Of a stretch of 64,000 nucleotides of DNA, positions 17,519 through 26,275 are shown piece after piece. The notes under the pieces are model-generated. The model saw only the letters and a list, made by a program, of their open reading frames with translations, made no database searches and was not told the DNA's origin. Source of the stretch: Pirellulales bacterium (lineage in GTDB: Bacteria; Planctomycetota; Planctomycetia; Pirellulales; UBA1268); NCBI GenBank assembly GCA_965249545.1, contig CBDFMH010000005.1, positions 1,223,116-1,287,115 of the forward strand, given 5' to 3'. Position 1 is the stretch's first letter, and each line of letters opens with the position of its first letter. Made by a program: the position numbers and the translations under genes.

Positions 17519-18763
17519 CTACGAGGTACTATCACGAGCAAGTGATGCAGCGTAGGTGATAAGATCATCTCTCTCAATGCATGCGGCTCGTAGCTTTTCA
17601 CCACCAACAGCACCATGTGCTAGTTCCACAAGCGGCGGTAATGTTGCAGCAAGTGGTGAATTTTGGGATGTGCCGGTTTCAGCGGGTCGCGCCAGAATGG
17701 CACTGAGTGCCTCGTCTGGTCGATTGATCCGAGCTGCTAATACTGCAAGTACATCCCAGGCTGCCGGGGCCTCGTACTCATTTGCCTGCTCTGCTTCCTG
17801 CCTAAAAAATGTAATGGCTTGATCAGCTTCTTTACCAAGCTGTGCTGAGTAAAAGAGGCGAGACGATGCTCCGAAGTCAGAAAATGGCGTGTCACCCGGA
17901 TACTGGAACTCCTTCGGAAGTCGACATGCATAGCATGCCAGGGCATGGGCATGTTGAATATCATGAGAGTCGGTACAGATTCTTGCAAAACGAAGCACTG
18001 CTTGGAGGTGTGAGGCGTCTACATGAATGCTCTCTTCGTTCAGAAGGCCACCTGCGGATGCTAGAAGATCGACGAGAGTACCTTTACGGCCCTTTATTTC
18101 ATTTACTTGGTTCGTATCAACAAGCTCTCGCTCGATGAGATCTCTAGCCAGATTTTCAAACACCTCTTCATGGAGATGGTGGATCATGATTTTCGCAACA
18201 GGTTCCTGTTGCGTTGGCGGAAGTCCAGCAACTGACTGTTCGTATGCTGTGACTGCATTGCATGTTCCCTGAGCAGCCAGCATCACACGAATGCCAAGGG
18301 CAGGGTCGAGGTTTTCCCAGAGCGCTAATTGAATGATTTCCTGAAGCGGCTGATACTCTTCTTCATCGGCCACAGACTCTTCTTGCTCAAGAATCTGTGA
18401 GGCGATTTGACTGAGCTTGTCTGCGACCTCTTGAGGTTCAACAGCTGCCCGCAGATACATCCACCCAGAAGCAATCTGCCCTTCATCAAAGAGCTTCCAG
18501 CCAACTTCTCGACACGCAGCAATTGTTTTGTCATCAAGTTTCTTCTTGGTCACCTTATCAGCATCTACAACAGGTCCAACAAGAGGGAGTCCAAGAGCTG
18601 CACGGGCTCGTAGCAAATGAGCATCAAACAGGCTATGCCAACGACAAGAATGACGAAGTGAATCCTCGAGTTTTTGAAACATTGCATCGATACCATTTGC
18701 TTCCAGAGTTGCGCTTAGCTCTGTAGCAAGCGAGACGATGTCTATTGAATTATGGTGAGGCAT
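17519..18763 (-). CDS. hypothetical helical protein (414 aa)
   Basis: Long ORF with an ATG at 18763 that overlaps the upstream methyltransferase stop by 14 nt. No recognisable motifs. Confidence 0.7.
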   Translation of the reverse strand: MPHHNSIDIVSLATELSATLEANGIDAMFQKLEDSLRHSCRWHSLFDAHLLRARAALGLPLVGPVVDADKVTKKKLDDKTIAACREVGWKLFDEGQIASGWMYLRAAVEPQEVADKLSQIASQILEQEESVADEEEYQPLQEIIQLALWENLDPALGIRVMLAAQGTCNAVTAYEQSVAGLPPTQQEPVAKIMIHHLHEEVFENLARDLIERELVDTNQVNEIKGRKGTLVDLLASAGGLLNEESIHVDASHLQAVLRFARICTDSHDIQHAHALACYACRLPKEFQYPGDTPFSDFGASSRLFYSAQLGKEADQAITFFRQEAEQANEYEAPAAWDVLAVLAARINRPDEALSAILARPAETGTSQNSPLAATLPPLVELAHGAVGGEKLRAACIERDDLITYAASLARDSTS

Positions 18764-19658
18764 GTTTTTTGTGTACTTTCACGTTGGAGTTCTCTGGTGA
18801 TACCTCTCGCTGCCGTAATGATTCATATGCCAGTACGGCAGCTGTTGCCGAAACATTGAGGCTATCCGCAAGGCCAAGCATCGGAAGAGCAACAGTCTCT
18901 AAAACTATGTTTTTCTTGGTAGCAGCCTCCAGCCAGAGAGAAGACAGCCCATGCGCTTCGCTGCCAAGCAGGATGGCCGGTTGGTTTGCAAATTCAACTG
19001 CATGCCAGCACGTGGTACCCTCGGGCGTGGCGGCGACAATATTTTGCCTGCGTGAAATGCACCATTGCATGACTATGGACGTTGTGTCGCATGCAATCGG
19101 CACGCTAAACACAGTGCCTAAGCTTGCGCGAATCACGGCTGGATTCGAAGCGTCAGTTCCTTTCCCGCAAATAATAATGCCACCAAAGCCAGCTGCATCA
19201 GCTGTGCGAAAAATTGCACCAAGGTTACCTGGCTTTTCAATGCCCTCGAGAATAAAAAGTGGTGCATCTGGACGAGGCTTGAAGTCTGCTACTGAATCAG
19301 TTTGAAAACGCGCAACGGCAACGAGCCCTTCGTTGCGGTTTCCAAAAGCAATTTTTGAAAAGGGCCGGCTGCTCAGTGGCGTCAGTGAGCAGTCTTGGGC
19401 GGAAGCCTGGTGAAGGAGTAATGAAAAATTCTTCTGCTCTGCGTCTGCTAGGGATGACAATCTGTCAGCATCAAAGAATATCTCAACAATTTCTTTTTTA
19501 GCAGTCAGGCACCGCCGTATTTCACGCTGTCCATCGATGAGTGTGAGGCCCGTCTGACGCCGAGCCGTTGCATCGCGCAGCTTCATGGTAGATCGAACAC
19601 GAGCATTTGATGGACTCGTAATCGTTTCAGTCGTTGTTATTGATTGAAGCACTGACAA
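18750..19658 (-). CDS. TrmH/SpoU-family RNA 2'-O-methyltransferase
   Basis: SpoU motifs 'LEGIEKPGNLGAIFRTADAAG', 'LLGSEAHGLS' and 'LPMLGLADSLNVSATAAVLAYE'. Confidence 0.85.
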   Translation of the reverse strand: MSVLQSITTTETITSPSNARVRSTMKLRDATARRQTGLTLIDGQREIRRCLTAKKEIVEIFFDADRLSSLADAEQKNFSLLLHQASAQDCSLTPLSSRPFSKIAFGNRNEGLVAVARFQTDSVADFKPRPDAPLFILEGIEKPGNLGAIFRTADAAGFGGIIICGKGTDASNPAVIRASLGTVFSVPIACDTTSIVMQWCISRRQNIVAATPEGTTCWHAVEFANQPAILLGSEAHGLSSLWLEAATKKNIVLETVALPMLGLADSLNVSATAAVLAYESLRQREVSPENSNVKVHKKHASP

Positions 19659-19685
19659 TTCTGCGATCTCCTTATTAAACTCATT

Positions 19686-20660
19686 TTATTGCGATGTGTC
19701 CCCAATGCCACCAGAGCGGGCAAACCCGCCGAGAGGGAGCTGTCGTTTGTGAAGATCCATGCATGAAAGTGGACCACTGAAGATTGGTAGCATTCTCGAT
19801 GATGCCGGTTGAAGTGCAGATGTGAGTGCTGTTGCCAGTCGCTGATGGTGCCATCCGGGGGAGTGTGCAGTGAGGAGAATTGGCCCCTGTGCCGTTGGGG
19901 AAAGCAACTGTGCGCAGTCTGTCAGGAGTGCCACGAGATGTTTGTCGATAGAAAAGGCTTCTCCTTTTGGACCATGACCCCATGAGGGTGGATCAAGAAC
20001 AAATCCATCGTATACGTTGCCACGAGTTCTTTCTCGGCTGACAAATCGCTGCGCATCCTCGCAGATCCATCGAATGGATGCAGCGTCAAGATGAGAGGAC
20101 GTTGCGTTTCTTCTCGCTAATTGGAGTGATTGCCGTGAGCTGTCCACGTGCACCACCTCAGCACCAGCCCGGGCTAAGGCGAGTGTAGCTGCACCTGAGT
20201 GTGCAAACAGTGACAGGACTCGACTCCCTTTTGGCGTTATTTCAGAAAGCCATTGCCACTGAGGTACCTGCTCTAGAAAAACCCCAACTTGTCCTGACGG
20301 CGATGGTCGCACATGAAGCTTTAGCGGACCACCGTAAAGTGGAAACTCAATGTGCCATGGATCGGGCAGGGGAACCGTGAACTCCCAATCACCAGTGCCT
20401 CGCCGTGATTCTCGAAAAATGGCATGAGCATCTTTCCAGAGTTCCGGGTTCTGTTGTCTTGCCGTTGTCGAGGGGAGGGGCCGAATCAGAACAACATTCC
20501 CCATTTTTTCAAGACGATAGCCAGTTCCCGAGCGATCAACTCCAAAATCGAGAAGTGCTGGATCGGGCAACTTTTTCAAGGTAAATTCGTTCATAAGATG
20601 GGGGTGACTCAATGAGTTTTCACCGACTGCTTTTGTTGCGTTACTCGACCATGCTAGCAC
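19686..20660 (-). CDS. class I SAM-dependent (RlmI/PF10672-like) RNA methyltransferase
   Basis: 'VLSLFAHSGAATLALARAGAEVVHVDSS' (SAM-binding motif I) and 'FDGFVLDPPSWGHGPKG' (the DPPxF/W motif of the RlmI-like family). The start may be the internal ATG at about 20594 (MNEFTLKKL). Confidence 0.75.
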   Translation of the reverse strand: MLAWSSNATKAVGENSLSHPHLMNEFTLKKLPDPALLDFGVDRSGTGYRLEKMGNVVLIRPLPSTTARQQNPELWKDAHAIFRESRRGTGDWEFTVPLPDPWHIEFPLYGGPLKLHVRPSPSGQVGVFLEQVPQWQWLSEITPKGSRVLSLFAHSGAATLALARAGAEVVHVDSSRQSLQLARRNATSSHLDAASIRWICEDAQRFVSRERTRGNVYDGFVLDPPSWGHGPKGEAFSIDKHLVALLTDCAQLLSPTAQGPILLTAHSPGWHHQRLATALTSALQPASSRMLPIFSGPLSCMDLHKRQLPLGGFARSGGIGDTSQ

Positions 20661-20712
20661 CCTGTTTAATAACCAAAAGATTCTTCTCTATTCTTGCATA
20701 AAGGAATTTTCA

Positions 20713-21345
20713 ATGAAACAAACAGCCTTCGTTACAGTCACCATACTTGCTGGTCTTGCCGTTGTGTTCCTTGCTCCGCAGTGGCGATTGAGTGCAGAAG
20801 AGTCTCCTCGGTTCCAGCGACAGGGTAATGGGCTTCCATGGGAAGGTGAACCGGATTTAATTGATAGTGTCCGAGAGCCAATGCACAATCACAAACCACC
20901 TAGAAACGAAGGTGGTCCGGTAATGGATCATTTGATGAGGCGTTTTGATGAGGTGATTGCACGCCTTGATCGTATTGAGCGTCGTGTTGGTGCTGGACAC
21001 AATCCAAATGGTCATCAGCCGCCACATGGGCCAGACCACTTTGGAAATGAAAAGAGAATGAAGGATGAAGGTCGACGTCACGATTTTGAACGTCACATTC
21101 AAGATACCATCAATGACCGAAGGCGACAGTCTGAAGAAATGGCAGAGCACGTTCATCGAACACATGAAGAAATGCGCGAGCAACTTGAAGAGCGTATGCA
21201 TCAAGCACGAGGAATGATGGGTCAGGCTCGAGAACGGTTTATGGAACTCAACGAGCGGGTCGAAGAACTCGAGGAAGAGATGAGGGAGCTTCAAGAACGG
21301 ATAGAGGCACTTCACCCACCAGTAGCTGAAAAGGCAAGTCAATGA
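20713..21345 (+). CDS. secreted His/Arg/Glu-rich coiled-coil protein
   Basis: Signal peptide 'MKQTAFVTVTILAGLAVVFLAP'. The C-terminal half is heptad-like ('EEMREQLEERMHQARGMMGQARERFMELNERVEELEEEMRELQERIEAL'). The antisense ORF 20857-21342 looks like a shadow of the charged codons. Confidence 0.7.
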   Translation: MKQTAFVTVTILAGLAVVFLAPQWRLSAEESPRFQRQGNGLPWEGEPDLIDSVREPMHNHKPPRNEGGPVMDHLMRRFDEVIARLDRIERRVGAGHNPNGHQPPHGPDHFGNEKRMKDEGRRHDFERHIQDTINDRRRQSEEMAEHVHRTHEEMREQLEERMHQARGMMGQARERFMELNERVEELEEEMRELQERIEALHPPVAEKASQ

Positions 21346-21614
21346 GACGTGTGGGAAGAACTAAAGGCAGAAGCTGTAGGATTAGGAAAGAAGTAATTCT
21401 TGTCACAAAATTTTTAAAAGCATGGTGCTGAATTTGAGGGCAAGTTCCTCAGGGAATACTTTAAATAATTTGTTTTGTAATATGACGGGATATACTACAT
21501 TGAATAGAGTCCTCCCGCTGATCGACCAGAACGGTCCGCGTTCATCCATCGCCATGGTATAAAATGAACGGCGACGCGGGTGTTTCCTTTTGTTTACGAT
21601 CGGAGCACCCTTTG

Positions 21615-24600
21615 ATGTTGCGAACCATTTTTGCATTTCTTTGTCTTGCTGCAATTGCTCGACAAGGTGTCGCTGATACAAAAAAGATATCATTCAATAA
21701 AGACATACGTCCGATCCTTTCTGATCGGTGCTTTACGTGTCATGGCCCTGATGCTGAGGAACGGCAGGCTGGGCTTCGCCTGGATACCATGGCGGATGCC
21801 ACCGCAGTCCTCGAAAGTGGATCGCACGCTCTTGTTCCGGGGAAACCATTTAAGAGTGAGATCATTGCGCGAATCAACAGCAAAGATCCTGATATTGTCA
21901 TGCCGCCGCCTGAGGTTGGTAAGCCGGTAACTCAAGAAGAAGCCAGGTTGTTCACTCAATGGATAGCAGAGGGTGCACAATATGAAAGGCATTGGGCGTT
22001 CGAGCGAATTAAGAGGCCGGCAGTGCCGGAGGTGATTGATAAAAAGTGGCCGCTCACACCGATTGATCATTTTATTCTTGCTCGACTTGAGCAGGAGCAA
22101 GTTACGCCGAGTCCAGATGCAACGCGAGTGACATTAGCAAGACGCCTGTCGCTTGATCTCACAGGATTGCCACCATCAGCAGAAGTGGTGGAGGAATTCC
22201 TACAAGACACTACAGTTGATGTGTATGAGCGTTATGTGGATACATTGTTGGCAAGCCCACACTACGGTGAACGTATGGCAATCGAATGGCTTGATGCCGC
22301 CCGCTATGCTGACAGCCATGGCTATCAGACTGACTCCAGTCGCTCCAACTGGCCGTGGCGTGCTTGGGTTATAGAAGCTTTCAATCGTAATCTTTCTTTT
22401 GATCAATTTACGATTGAACAAATTGCAGGCGACATGCTCCCCGATCCAACACGAGATCAGATTATTGCAACCGGCTTCAATCGGAACCATCGTATTAATG
22501 GTGAAGGGGGGATCATTGCCGAAGAATGGCGTGTCGAGACGGTCATCGATCGAGTTGAAACGACCGGGCAGACATGGCTTGGCCTTACTGTGGGATGTGC
22601 CCGCTGTCATGACCATAAGTATGACCCGTTAACACAACGGGAGTTCTACTCATTATTCGCCTTATTCAATAATGTTCCAGAAACTGGAACAATCATGGGC
22701 AAGTCGAACCGGAGCGGTGGAAATTCCGATCCTATTCATCTCCTTCCGGATGAAAATCAAGTCAAAGAAATGGCAAAGCTTGAGCAGGTTGTTGCGGATG
22801 CAAAAGTAGCTTTACGTGGAGAAGAAAAGAATTTCAGTACGTTGCTTGAATCTTGGGTGAATGAAACTCAATCACTTCTTGGCACACCCGGTCAAGTCTG
22901 GAGACCGATTGAACCAATCGAGGTAACCAGTGCCGGTGGAGCAACGATTCATTTTGACGATGATGGTACATGCCTAGTGGAGGGCGCTCGTTCTCCACAG
23001 GACAGTTACACTGTCGAGGCTCTTATTCCTCCGGGTGTTTTTGGCGGCTTGCGTTTGGAAGTCCTGCCTGTTGAAGGGCTCGCTGGAGGTGGCTTTGGTC
23101 GTGGCGGGAACGGAAATGTTGTCGTGACCAAAATTGAAGCAGAAATCCATTCCCCAGGTGAGAACAAGGTGATACCGGTTTCCTTTACGCGTGCTGATGC
23201 AAGTTATCAACAGAAGGGTTGGGAAGCAACAAAACTGGTCTCCGGGAAAAAGGGTGATGGTTGGGCGATTGATGGCCATCTGCAAGATTTAAACAAACAA
23301 CGTAATGTTGCACTGTTTCCCAGGAAGTCGGTAACGGTTCAAGATAATTCTCGGCTTGTCGTGACCGTGAGGCAGGAATCTCGGTATCCGGAGCACACGA
23401 TTGCACGGTTTCGTTTAGCGTATTCGGCTGAGAATCCGAGCATTATTGGAGTCAACGGAATTCGACTTTCAAAAAAGGTTCGTGATGGTTTGTCAGCTAC
23501 TACCGATGAGCGTACTCCAGAGCAGCAAAAAGAACTGGAAAAGTATTATCGTGAAAATGTAACTGGACCGATTCAGCAAGCCGAGGACGCTCGCGATGCT
23601 GCACAAAAAAGTCTTGATTCCTATCGCAATAGAATTCCAAGTGCGATGGTCATGAAAGAGGGTACGTCTCGTGATGCCTTCGTGCTCCTTCGTGGAGAGT
23701 ACGACAAGAGGGGGGAAGCTGTAGAGCCAGGTCTTCCTTCTTTTCTCCCGCCGCTTTCTGATGGTGAAGCAGCCAATCGGCTTTCACTTGCTCGCTGGAT
23801 TGTCTCGAGGGAAAATCCACTAACGGCTCGAGTCTGGGTGAATCGTATATGGGAGCGTTTCTTTGGTGTCGGTCTGGTGAAGACAAGTGAAAACCTTGGC
23901 AGCCAAGCCTCGTATCCGACGCATCCAGCGTTGCTCGACTGGCTTGCAGTGGACTTCATGGAAAGTGGCTGGGACGTGAAACGATTTATCAAACAGTTAG
24001 TCGCCAGTCGTGTGTATCAGCAAGCGTCTGTTGTGTCGCCAGAGGCACTCATGAAAGATCCTGAGAATGTTCTATTTGCTCGCACTTCACGTATTCGGTT
24101 GCCGGCAGAAATTGTTCGAGATGTTGCGCTCGATACCTCAGGTTTACTTGTAAAAAAAATTGGTGGCCCCAGTGTGCGGCCATGGATGCCGGATGGTGTT
24201 TGGGATGAAACAAGCAAATATGGAAACTTGCGTGGATACAAGCCTGCGACCAATGAAGACCGGTACCGTCGTAGTATGTATACGATTTGGAAGCGGACGG
24301 CTGGTCCACCGACGATGCTTCTGTTTGATGCGCCCAACCGTGAAACATGTACAGTGAAGCGTTCTCGCACAAATACACCATTGCAGGCACTTGCTCTGCT
24401 CAATGAAATCACGTTTGTCGAAGCAGCGCACGGCTTTGCTCAACGGATGCTAACAGAGGGTGGATCGGTTCCAGCAGATAGGATTAGATTTGGCTTCCAA
24501 TTAGCTCTTGGGCGAAAGCCATCGAAAGAAGAGTTGCAAACACTCGAGGATGGTCTTGCTGCTGATCTTAAGTTTTTTCAGTCCGATACGCAGGCAGCAG

Positions 24601-24722
24601 AGCAGCTTTCTCAAGTTGGTGTTGTTCCCGCGCCGACAGATATCCCTCTGCCTGATTACGCTGCCTACACACTCGTTGCTAATGTGCTGTTGAACCTTGA
24701 TGAATTCATAATGCGAGAATAA
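21615..24722 (+). CDS. PSCyt1/PSCyt2(DUF1549)/PSD1(DUF1553) domain protein (Planctomycete cytochrome-C family)
   Basis: ATG at 21615 with GGAG 9 nt upstream. Signal peptide 'MLRTIFAFLCLAAIARQGVA'. Heme motif 'CFTCHGPD', 'LARRLSLDLTGLPP', 'CARCHDHKYDP' and a C-terminal DUF1553-type region. Confidence 0.9.
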   Translation: MLRTIFAFLCLAAIARQGVADTKKISFNKDIRPILSDRCFTCHGPDAEERQAGLRLDTMADATAVLESGSHALVPGKPFKSEIIARINSKDPDIVMPPPEVGKPVTQEEARLFTQWIAEGAQYERHWAFERIKRPAVPEVIDKKWPLTPIDHFILARLEQEQVTPSPDATRVTLARRLSLDLTGLPPSAEVVEEFLQDTTVDVYERYVDTLLASPHYGERMAIEWLDAARYADSHGYQTDSSRSNWPWRAWVIEAFNRNLSFDQFTIEQIAGDMLPDPTRDQIIATGFNRNHRINGEGGIIAEEWRVETVIDRVETTGQTWLGLTVGCARCHDHKYDPLTQREFYSLFALFNNVPETGTIMGKSNRSGGNSDPIHLLPDENQVKEMAKLEQVVADAKVALRGEEKNFSTLLESWVNETQSLLGTPGQVWRPIEPIEVTSAGGATIHFDDDGTCLVEGARSPQDSYTVEALIPPGVFGGLRLEVLPVEGLAGGGFGRGGNGNVVVTKIEAEIHSPGENKVIPVSFTRADASYQQKGWEATKLVSGKKGDGWAIDGHLQDLNKQRNVALFPRKSVTVQDNSRLVVTVRQESRYPEHTIARFRLAYSAENPSIIGVNGIRLSKKVRDGLSATTDERTPEQQKELEKYYRENVTGPIQQAEDARDAAQKSLDSYRNRIPSAMVMKEGTSRDAFVLLRGEYDKRGEAVEPGLPSFLPPLSDGEAANRLSLARWIVSRENPLTARVWVNRIWERFFGVGLVKTSENLGSQASYPTHPALLDWLAVDFMESGWDVKRFIKQLVASRVYQQASVVSPEALMKDPENVLFARTSRIRLPAEIVRDVALDTSGLLVKKIGGPSVRPWMPDGVWDETSKYGNLRGYKPATNEDRYRRSMYTIWKRTAGPPTMLLFDAPNRETCTVKRSRTNTPLQALALLNEITFVEAAHGFAQRMLTEGGSVPADRIRFGFQLALGRKPSKEELQTLEDGLAADLKFFQSDTQAAEQLSQVGVVPAPTDIPLPDYAAYTLVANVLLNLDEFIMRE

Positions 24723-24726
24723 GAAC

Positions 24727-26187
24727 GTGAATGCAAACAATTCAATAAAAATACAGGATCAGATCAATCGCAGAGTCTTTCTCGGAGGAGCAGGGGGTGG
24801 GCTTGGTTTTGCTGCGCTCGCATCGTTGATAAAGCCGGTCGGTGCTTCAGAGACGATGGGTACAAGTCCACTGGTCGCTCCCCATTTTCCACCACAGGCG
24901 AAACGAATCATCTATCTGTTCCAGTCGGGGGCACCCTCGCAGATGGACTTATTCGATCCAAAACCACAGATGGAAAAGTATCGTGGTGAAGACCTGCCGG
25001 ACTCAATCCGAAAGGGGCAGCGTCTGACGACAATGACCAGTGGTCAGAAAAGTTTTCCTGTAGCGCCGTCGATGTTTTCTTTTGCCCAGCATGGCGAGAG
25101 TGGCATGTGGTTTAGCGAACTTGTGCCCAATATGGCCCGCCATGCAGATCGGTGGTGCATGATTCGATCGATGCACACTGAACAGATTAACCACGATCCA
25201 GCGATTACATTTTTTCAGACAGGTCACCAGTTGGCCGGTCGTCCAAGTATTGGATCCTGGTTGAGTTATGGTCTTGGTAGCGATAATGCAGACCTACCTG
25301 CGTACATTGTGCTGACAAGCTATGGTTCAGGTCGTCCCGATGACCAGCCTCTCTATGATCGATTGTGGGGGGCAGGGTTTCTGCCGAATGAGCATCAGGG
25401 GGTTCGGTTTCGCAACACAGGTGACCCGGTGCTCTATCTTGCTGATCCTCCGGGTGTAAATCGTGAACTACGGCGGGCAACGCTTGATCGAATTGCTGCC
25501 ATCAATGCCTCGCGAGCCGCGGTTATTGGTGATCCTGATATTGCAGCCCGCACGAATCAGTACGAGATGGCCTTTCGTATGCAGGCGAGTGTGCCAGAGA
25601 TCACTGACTTTTCTGATGAACCGAAGCATGTGCTGGAGTCGTACGGGCCCGATGTGCATCGGCACGGTAGCTATGCGTTTAACTGTCTACTCGCCCGAAG
25701 GCTGTCAGAACGTGGCGTACGGTTTGTGCAGTGCTTTCACATGGGTTGGGATCATCATGGTGGACTGCCGAAGGCGATTAAGGGGCAGGTGAAAGACACG
25801 GATCAAGCTACTGGAGCTCTACTGGACGATCTCGAACAGCGAGGGTTGCTTGATGAAACGTTAATCGTCTGGGGCGGTGAGTTCGGCCGAACCATCTATT
25901 CCCAGGGTAATCTGACAGAAACCAATTATGGTCGTGATCATCATCCGCGGTGCTTCACCACCCTCATGGCTGGTGCGGGTGTCAACGGTGGCCTGACGTG
26001 GGGTGAAACGGATGATTACTCGTACAACATTGTGACTCCTGATCAAAAAGTGCATGTGCATGATCTCAATGCAACGATTTTACACCTGATGGGTATCGAC
26101 CATCTACGGCTGACCTATCCCTATCAGGGACGTGATTTTCGACTGACCGATGTACACGGGAAGGTCATTCACGGTGTGATGAGTTGA
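24727..26187 (+). CDS. DUF1501 domain protein (sulfatase/alkaline-phosphatase-like), Tat-type signal
   Basis: GTG start 5 nt after the upstream stop. 'NRRVFLGGAGGGLGFAALA', 'GGEFGRT', 'GRDHHP' and 'HDLNATILHLMGIDHLRLTY..GRDFRLTDVHG', all typical of DUF1501. Confidence 0.9.
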   Translation: MNANNSIKIQDQINRRVFLGGAGGGLGFAALASLIKPVGASETMGTSPLVAPHFPPQAKRIIYLFQSGAPSQMDLFDPKPQMEKYRGEDLPDSIRKGQRLTTMTSGQKSFPVAPSMFSFAQHGESGMWFSELVPNMARHADRWCMIRSMHTEQINHDPAITFFQTGHQLAGRPSIGSWLSYGLGSDNADLPAYIVLTSYGSGRPDDQPLYDRLWGAGFLPNEHQGVRFRNTGDPVLYLADPPGVNRELRRATLDRIAAINASRAAVIGDPDIAARTNQYEMAFRMQASVPEITDFSDEPKHVLESYGPDVHRHGSYAFNCLLARRLSERGVRFVQCFHMGWDHHGGLPKAIKGQVKDTDQATGALLDDLEQRGLLDETLIVWGGEFGRTIYSQGNLTETNYGRDHHPRCFTTLMAGAGVNGGLTWGETDDYSYNIVTPDQKVHVHDLNATILHLMGIDHLRLTYPYQGRDFRLTDVHGKVIHGVMS

Positions 26188-26275
26188 GTGCTGTGTTCGA
26201 TCACATGGATCGCATTGTGGCATGCAACGCCTGAGAGTGATGGGAGAATTTGCACTTCAAGTTGAAAAAATATTT

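Noticed and set aside
20857-21342. 161-aa minus-strand ORF covering the coiled-coil gene.
   Set aside because: The plus-strand frame has a signal peptide and regular heptads. The minus frame is the Phe/Leu/His-rich complement of Glu/Arg/Met codons.
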